A stretch of DNA of 64,000 nt, taken from contig CP068257.2 in the NCBI GenBank assembly GCA_009914755.4, positions 39,584,001 through 39,648,000 on the forward strand, read 5' to 3'. This DNA is from the human T2T-CHM13v2.0 reference genome, Homo sapiens. Below the pieces are notes generated by a model. That model was given only the letters and a program-made list of their open reading frames with translations, ran no database searches and was not told the origin of the DNA. Shown in pieces: positions 56,226 to 64,000 of this stretch; position 1 is the first letter of the stretch; every line of letters starts with the position of its first letter. The translations under genes and the position numbers were made by a program.

Positions 56226-57534
56226 CTAGATTGCCCAAGGTGAAGACATCATTTTTTTCCTATACTCCCAGTACCCACTGACTCCCTCTTTATCCTACAC
56301 GTCTAATGAAATGGACCACGTCTGTCTTCCTCAGTCCCATTTCTCACCTCTTCCTCCTCCCCTCCGTTACTGAGCCCTTGCGCGTGTGGCTCTCACCAGC
56401 ACTTCTGTAACCTGCAGAGTGCTGCTGTGCTCCTGAGCCCCCACCCTCTCTTCTTTTTGAAACTGTTGTCAGATCAGTCTTCCTAAACCACCACTTTCAC
56501 CCGAGCCTCCCCTGCTATGAGTAAGCAGTGCGTCCCCATGATTTAAATGCTCAGGGCTCGCTCCTGGCATCGCTGTCCATGGCCTCCCACCAGACCCCTC
56601 CTAGTTCCTCAGTGTTTTCACTGAACCCCAACCCTCTGCTGGGTGGCCACTGACCCTCAAGGCCTCTTGCCTGCAACTGTCTCCTAACCTTTGTTCCACC
56701 AACCCCCCTGCCTGAAATGCCCTCCCTTCCTTACTCCGCCCATATATCCAGATTCTTCCCATCCTTTAAGACTCAACTCAAACAACCCAGCTTTTGTTGA
56801 AACCATGCCGAGCAGAATAACCCATTTGTGAGGTTGCACCTCCCACTCAGCACGCATATTTTCTGGTCTGCTCATCTGGCATGGAATCTTATCTTTAGGG
56901 TACGTTTTATGCTGTTGCCTTTTTCATTTGACTTCTGTTTTCTTAACTTCTATTTCGTTTTCAATTAATTATAAATTCCTTGAAGGTGAGAGCTGTGGGG
57001 GTAAAAGATTGTCCTTCCTTCCCCAACGCCACCAGGCCGTGGAGGGAAAGTACATCAGAACTGTTTGTGGAATGGACACATCAATATGTCTTTGTTGCAA
57101 TTGATGAATTTGAGATAAAGGGAATTGGACTGCAGGGACAAGGAAGGAGGCGTAATTTCAGGAGAAAAAAAGTAAATGGTACTACTGCCTTTTCCCATTT
57201 TCATCTTTACGTTGTGGGGATGTGCTTTCCAGAAAAGGAGAGATCTTGGGGAAAGGATTGAAAGCTCCAGGAGAAATTCAGGCCGACAGGAGATACCACG
57301 CTCTCAGGAGAGGCTTGAGTAACACGCTCAGCACTGCCCTTCCCTCACACCGTAACTTTGAGCAAAGCATTTAGCCCTGCCTGTGTCTCTTTAACTATAA
57401 AGGAGAAACAATAATACCTACCAAAGACATTTTCAGAAGAATGCAGTATCCTTGGATGAATGGCACTGCACTGAATGATATTACAATGCTATGTTTTCAG
57501 CATCTTTAAATCATCTTTAAAATCATGTGCTCTT

Positions 57535-57851
<317 letters not shown>

Positions 57852-60434
57852 TTACATTTTGGCTAGTAGAGCGGCAAAATGTGGACATTATTTCATCAGT
57901 GTGGTGTGTAATAATGTCAAAACCCAGCTTGAGGACCCAGGTGTGCACTGCTGAATAAATGTCAGGCACCAAGGACTCGTAAGAAGCAGGAGGAGAAGGC
58001 AGGCATTAGGGGGAAACCTCAGTCCAGGTGGGTCACAGCCGGGAAGGCTTGCTTGGCTTCCTCAATAGCTTTTAGGACCCAGCACTGGGCAAGCTCAGGA
58101 GCAGAATGAGAGGGGTTTGGGAGCATTTCATCTCATTTGCACATCTCTGCATAAGAATTCATTATTGCTTTCACTTATAATGGTAGATATTTTTTGGTTG
58201 TCTTTGACATGTTCAGATTTTTTATTTTTAAAAATCCACTTTGCCTGCTGTTTTCCTGATTTCTTACTCAGCATCACATTCCACTTGCTTTCCATTCCCT
58301 TTCTGGGAGGGGACTCCAGTAGGAAGCTGGGAAAGATCACCTGGTGAGACCCCACACGCTCCATGTTTCCCAGCAGAAAGGCTCTGCCCAGCAGCCTTTC
58401 TAACACCAGGGGAAACCGCCAGGGTTCTTGTCCTCAGAGTTTTAGGATGGGGCCCTACCTGGGACCTCTCAAACATGAGCCCTAATAAGTGGGCAAACGA
58501 TTGCTCCTGCAGAAAAGAGTCAATTCGAAAGCAATTACTTTAAACTTTGTCTATACCCAACACTATTTTCCAAAAGCCCATGGGCTGAATCCTATGTGGC
58601 CTGTTAAAAAACAGCAGCTGGCAGCCCACAGGGGAGCTCTAAGGTTTCTTCACAGCTTCTACTTTATCCCTACTTGACCTGCTCTTCAGTGTGGTCACAT
58701 GGCAGCCCCTCCCTGCTGGTCTCCTCTCAGTCTTTTCTGCTCCCTCCAAAATCACCCCTCACAGTCCCTCAAACCCCCTACAGCCAGAAGGCCCAGGACT
58801 CTGTGTATTAGTGTGTCTGCCTGTTTCATCCAAGTCTTTCTTCCTGTCTCTGCCCTTTAAGGCTAATCATTACTCACAGGAAGGTTCGTTTTCTTACTCA
58901 TTTTGCACTCTTGCTTTTCTCCAAACAGGGGCATTTTGTCATACTCAGCTGCTGTACTCTCTAATTGCCTGCATTTGAATTATTTGCTATCCAAAAGCCA
59001 AGAAATTGTTACTGCTGGTAGGATATTGATTTGCTCACTGATTGTGTTCAGGTTTGACCCATTTCCCCACATACTCTTGGCTCCAGGGATATCAATGGCC
59101 GACTCATCTTCATTTAACACTGCACAGCACCTGTGGGAACTGGCCCTCCTGAACAGCAGAACTGCTGACCCACAGATGCTGTCTTCTCTCTGATGTTGAT
59201 TACTTCTTCCTCTTTTCACTGAGGAAATTGTCCTGCCTCCGTCAGGCTGCCTACTTTTAAAACTCTGTCTGCCCGAGGGGCGCATGATGAGCTCTGGGCC
59301 AGCTAGGAGCCATTGCAGTGGATCCCAAGGGACGAGGACAGTGAGGACTTGGCCTGAGTTGGGCGAGGGAGTGATTTGATTCCGCTTCGGTTTCACAGGA
59401 AGGCTCACAAGGGTCTGGTTACAGTCTCCATGCAGGCTAAGAGAGAAAAGGACTGGCCCAGCACTATAGGGCCTGAGTAACTGGGTGAATCATGAATTTA
59501 CTGAGACAGAGAACTGTGGGAGAGGTCTGATTTGGGGGGAACAGCCAGCATTCAGGTTTTACAGGTTACACGGGAAATGCCGATTGAGAGGTGGGCAGGC
59601 AGGCGGACACAAGCATGTGGCAATGGTGGCCCAGGTCTGGGCTGGAGAGGAGGAGTTGGGAGTCTCACGCTAGATCACGGGGTGACCTAGGGCCATGGGG
59701 TGGGGCCAGATGGGTCACCCAAGGAGGGAAGATTGAGAGGAGGCCAGAGCCTGAGAGTGCTCCGATGCTTGCAGGGGAGGAAGATGAAGGAAATCCAATA
59801 CAGTGCCTGAGAAGGAGCAGCCAGGGAGTTAGGGAGAAGAATGCAGCCCTCTTAGAGTCCAAGTGAAGAAAGCGTCCACACGGACGAAGTGATTAGTGGT
59901 CAGCAGTACCCATAGAGGGTGTCTGTGGGGGCACTTCCCGCCCTATGGTTACTGCCTGGTTCCCCCTAGATTGGAAGCCTCGAGGGAGCAGGGACTGTGT
60001 GTCATTCACCGTTGTAGTGCTGGTGCAGAGAGCAGCACCTGAGCCATGTGAAGTCCTCAGCAGATAACTGCTGGGCAGATAGCCAGATGGACATGAGGAC
60101 TAAACTCTGACTTTTTTTTTAATTCTCTTGCCCAAAATTCCTACCTAAGGGGCCTGGGGAGTCCGCTCTACACACCATAAAGTTTCACCAGAAGGGTTTT
60201 ATTTAACCTTGTATAACATGGCCTGCTTTCCAGCCTAGCTCTGGCATAACATCACATAACAAATAAGGAAAGAAATCAAAATATTTTAACCCCAAATATA
60301 TTTCCTTTTCATATTTTGAAATTGCCCTGCAGAGTTGTCTCTTGTGAGAAAAATCTACATTGTATAGAGAATCCCCTTTTCCCTTTTTTTATTCTTTCCA
60401 GATCTAGAAGATAATCAACTAAGAGTCAGGCAAC

Positions 60435-60836
60435 CTTTTTTTTTTGTTTGTTTGTTTTGTTTTTTTTTTGTTTAATACATATATACTTTAAGTTCTGGGG
60501 TACATGTGCAGAATGTGCAGGTTTGTTACATAGTTATACAGGTGGCATGGTGATTTGTTGCGCCCATCAACCCGTCACCTGCATTAGGTATTTCTCCTAA
60601 TGTTATCCCTCCCCTAGCCCTCTACCCCCTGACAGGTCCTGGTGTGTGATGTTCCTCTCCGTATGTCCATGTGTTCTTATTGTTCAACTCCCACTTATGA
60701 GTGAGAACATGTGGTGTTTGGTTTTCTGTTCTTGTGATAGTTTGCTGAGAATGATGGTTTTCAGCTTTATCCATGTCCCTGCAAAGGACATAAACTCATC
60801 CTTTTTTATGGCTGCATAGTATTCCATGGTATATAT
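60435..60836 (-). mobile_element. L1 (older L1PA/L1PB-type) 3'-terminal fragment, antisense
   Basis: T-rich leader, then catatatactttaagttctggggtacatgtgcagaatgtgcaggtttgttacatagttatacaggtggcatggtgatttgttgcgcccatcaacccgtcacctgcattaggtatttctcctaatgttatccctcccc ... ccacttatgagtgagaacatgtggtgtttggttttctgttcttgtgatagtttgctgagaatgatggttttcagctttatccatgtccctgcaaaggacataaactcatccttttttatggctgcatagtattccatggtatatat. Confidence 0.85.
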
Positions 60837-61533
60837 GAAGGCACCCTTTTAAATTCTGTAAGACACATTTCACAACCTCTTTTCTTCACAGCCTGCTAAC
60901 TAAAAGCTTCCTCTGCACAATAAAACTTTGGTCTCTTAATCCAAACATTTCCTTTCCATTGATCCCAGGTTAGATAAACTTAACCAATTATCAACCAGAA
61001 AATTTTTAATTTACCTCTAGCCTGGAAGCCCCACTTTGACTTGTCCTGCCTTTCTGAACCAAACCAATGGACATCTTAAAAGTATTTGATTGATGTCTCA
61101 TGTCTCTCAAAATTGTATAAAACCAGGCTGTGCCCTAACCACCTTGGGCACATGTTCTCCGGACCTCCTGAGGCTGTCTCATGGGCCATGGTCACTCATA
61201 CTTGGCTCAGAATAAATCTCTTCAAAATATTTTACAGAGTTTGACTCTTTTCATCAGCAAACAGTTGGACAGACGTCTTCTGGGTGTGTGCACCTGTGTG
61301 TAACTCCAGGTGGTGCATGTGGGTCACCTGTGCTGTCACTGATCAATAATATTGATCACCATGCTTTTGATCTTCTCTCCTCCTGGATGGCAGGGTGAGA
61401 TCATCTTTCTTCTCCCGTGACTCCCCCCAGCGCCTGGGAGGGTCCTGAGCATGCGTGTGACCTCAGCAATTTTGTGATACTGCCTGATTTGTGCTTTTTC
61501 TTGTTTGTTTGCTCTCTCCTCTCCGACAAACAG

Positions 61534-61702
61534 CTTTACATTCAGCCCATGATGGGGGCCGGCCTGAATTATGAATGTTACCGATTCGGCATTTCCCCAT
61601 CCACAAATGCGCTGGTGATCGGTGCCACGGTGATGGAGGGCTTCTACGTCATCTTCGACAGAGCCCAGAAGAGGGTGGGCTTCGCAGCGAGCCCCTGTGC
61701 AG
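61534..61702 (+). CDS. BACE2: BACE2 coding exon (exon 8), 169 bp, ends with 1 nt of next codon
   Basis: Acceptor ctccgacaaacag|CT, donor TGCAG|gtgagc. Translation is LYIQPMMGAGLNYECYRFGISPSTNALVIGATVMEGFYVIFDRAQKRVGFAASPCA(E). The six-frame track ORF 61417..61956 extends this frame into the flanking intron. Confidence 0.92.
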
Positions 61703-64000
61703 GTGAGCGATTCTGGCATCGAACAGGGATCCCCGACAAGAGTCCTTTATGTAAATGTGCTGACTTGGAAGCAATTCTTGATGGCAACTCAATTACCATT
61801 GAATTGTTTCACTCATTCCTATCACCAGTGATCAAAATCTTCTCAATAAAATGGGTCATGGGGTTGCTGAGAGAATTAAATGACATCATCCATGTGAAAC
61901 TTCAGTGCTTGGCACATGGGAAATGCTTACTGAGTGTGAGTCCTGATAGTCACTAGGAGTAAAAATATGCCGTGAAACCTTGGAGTTGAATTGCAATTTT
62001 TCGACAGTTTAAGCAAAATGAGTAAGGAAGAAATTTCACACATAAGCCGTGTACATTTATTTGTCCATAAAGCTGTCCTCATTTTGAAATAGGAAATGAA
62101 CACCTATCGTTGCGATTTCTTGAAATCCTAATATAATGAGACCAAGGAGCCCCTGTTTCTCGTGGGATTCCTTTGAAAGATGTGTGAGGGCATCCCGCAG
62201 CATGACTCTGCAGTCTAGCTGGAGGGTTGGCAGGTCTTCAGAGAAACCAGGATAGCATGAGAAAGTCAAGAGGATAGATAAACCCCATAAGCTTGAAAAT
62301 GTCTTCAGACTTCACGGTTTGCTTGAAACGGAGTGCTCACACCGCACACGGCTTAATGGGAGGATTAGGTATTTCTGACTGAGAGTCCAAGCCTGCAAGG
62401 CAGAGGCAAATCACAGAAGTGGGCATGAGATTGAATTGCCGGAGACAAGTGGAGGAAGAGCCTGAATCAGAAAAGTGGTCAGGAGAACGGCAGCCTTTCA
62501 AAACAAGATGTCAAGAGACTGAAAAAAAAATGGTACATTGGATTTGAAGTCAGGAGCAGAATGGAATTCCAAAGTTGTGCTGGTGATATGTGAAAGGAGA
62601 GAAAAATTAAGTGTGAGGTCAAAAAAGAATCGATGACAATGAGGTAGAATAGAACAAAATTTGGGAATCGATAGGGAAATACAAGATCACCATGTGGTTG
62701 AAGGAAAGGGGGTTTTGTAGGAATTTGATGGATATGAGACGCTGTTGGAGGACAGGTGAGATTGCTGGGCCATCCTGGAAGCCTCAACTCAGACCTTCAC
62801 TCTGATCTCAACCCAGGTGAAGAGCTGCCAGGATGAGGTACACAGGCAAAATGCCAAGTGATCACAGCTGAATTATTCCAGGAGGGAGAGATTTCAGTTA
62901 CTATTTTTTAATACCTAAAACATGGTCTTAAAACAGGACTCCTGGTAAATAAAGCAGATAAAGGATGCTTCATTAGCTGGCTTTAGCAGAGTGGCCTTTC
63001 AGAAAAGTAAAGTAACAATTTAGAGAACAGAAATATTAAAAGGAAAGATGGCAGTGGACTATTAGGCCAATTCATATTCTGTATAAATAAAATCATCCAA
63101 CCCAGTGTATGTATATGACACATCATGACATGTCTTCATAAATATCTGTGCCGACGTATTTCGCTTTGCATTTGTGAGCAGACTTGGAACCCTTCCCATT
63201 GTCATGTTTTTTATCTTTGCTATGTGTAAATGTTTACCTTATGTATGTGCAATAACTCTTTTAGCCTGTTCAGTTATCATTGAGTGAGACCTTTCTCTGT
63301 GGCAGCAGGTGGGACTGAAATATCACTGAATTTCCTAACTGTGACTGTTTTACTTCTTTTTAACCAAGAGAATCTAAGAACTTAGGCAATTTTGTCCACA
63401 ATTTCTGTTCTCTCATTAAATATCATTAAAGTAGAGGCTACTATGGCAACAGCTGTTAGAGGGTCCACTTAATACTGCAGAATCTAATAACCATTTGTTT
63501 TCTCAGTGAATTACTGTTGGAAATGGTGTAATATTAGGCGTCTCTAGGCAGGGCAACTTTTTTTTCCCTGAATTTCACTGTGAGTTATTTGCTAGATGCT
63601 CTTATATACAGCTTTTGTTCCTTTTTTAAAAATGTACTTGAGCTTTTGGTATTTAAATGTTAGATTTTACCAGCCATGGGAAAATACACTGATATATGTC
63701 CCCTCTTCCATGTGGATTGTTTCGCCATTAAAGTAATTACTTTCCTCAGGGCTGCAATTAACGGCCCAGACAGTGCTCGATAGAACCCTAATAAATGGAA
63801 TAGCTATGCTGCCTTTCTTTTTTTTTTTTAAGTATTTATTTTTCATTATAAAATGTTTAAGTAACAAAAAAACCTTAAGTTACAGAAAATCATATACTAT
63901 GTGTGCATTTATGGACTATCTAGATTTAATATTTTGTCATATTTTCTTTAAAAATTTGTCTTAGAAATAAAAAACCAAGTATAGCTAAAGTTTCACCCCA

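Noticed and set aside
61417-61956. 179-aa ORF on + strand that looks like a sizeable novel gene
   Set aside because: Codons from 61534 to 61702 are BACE2 exon 8 in its correct frame. The N-terminal part is intron 7 read into the exon, and the C-terminal 85 codons are read-through past the GT donor at 61703. It is an artefact of six-frame translation across an exon.

Overview
This window is human genomic DNA, not a prokaryotic or otherwise novel system. It is densely populated with primate-specific repeats: about 20 Alu elements, several L1 3' ends, MaLR-type LTRs, MIR fragments and microsatellites. On the + strand it carries seven internal coding exons whose conceptual translation is colinear with the aspartic protease beta-secretase 2 (BACE2, chr21q22.3), from LQILVDTGSSNFAV... 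through ...RVGFAASPCA. These are exons 2-8 of the canonical 9-exon gene, and they include both catalytic motifs (DTGS in exon 2, DSGT in exon 6). The window runs from within the large intron 1 (bases 1-30598) to within intron 8, so exon 1 and the last exon are outside it. All splice junctions obey GT-AG and the exon phases are consistent. The rest is intronic.

Non-genic structures worth noting:
- a twin-primed (5'-inverted) L1 insertion with an 11-bp target-site duplication
- a 43-bp, ~10-copy minisatellite in intron 6
- a ~300-bp local segmental duplication in intron 1
- a repeat-free, TAAT-motif-dense block in intron 1 that looks like a candidate developmental enhancer
- a CpG-retaining patch in intron 6
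- an Alu sitting in the branch-point region of exon 3
- long Alu-free stretches around the exons

I find no evidence of an undescribed biological system. The hunt findings are candidate regulatory or structural curiosities within a well-known locus. Repeat family names, especially the LTR subfamilies, are from memory and should be confirmed with RepeatMasker/Dfam.
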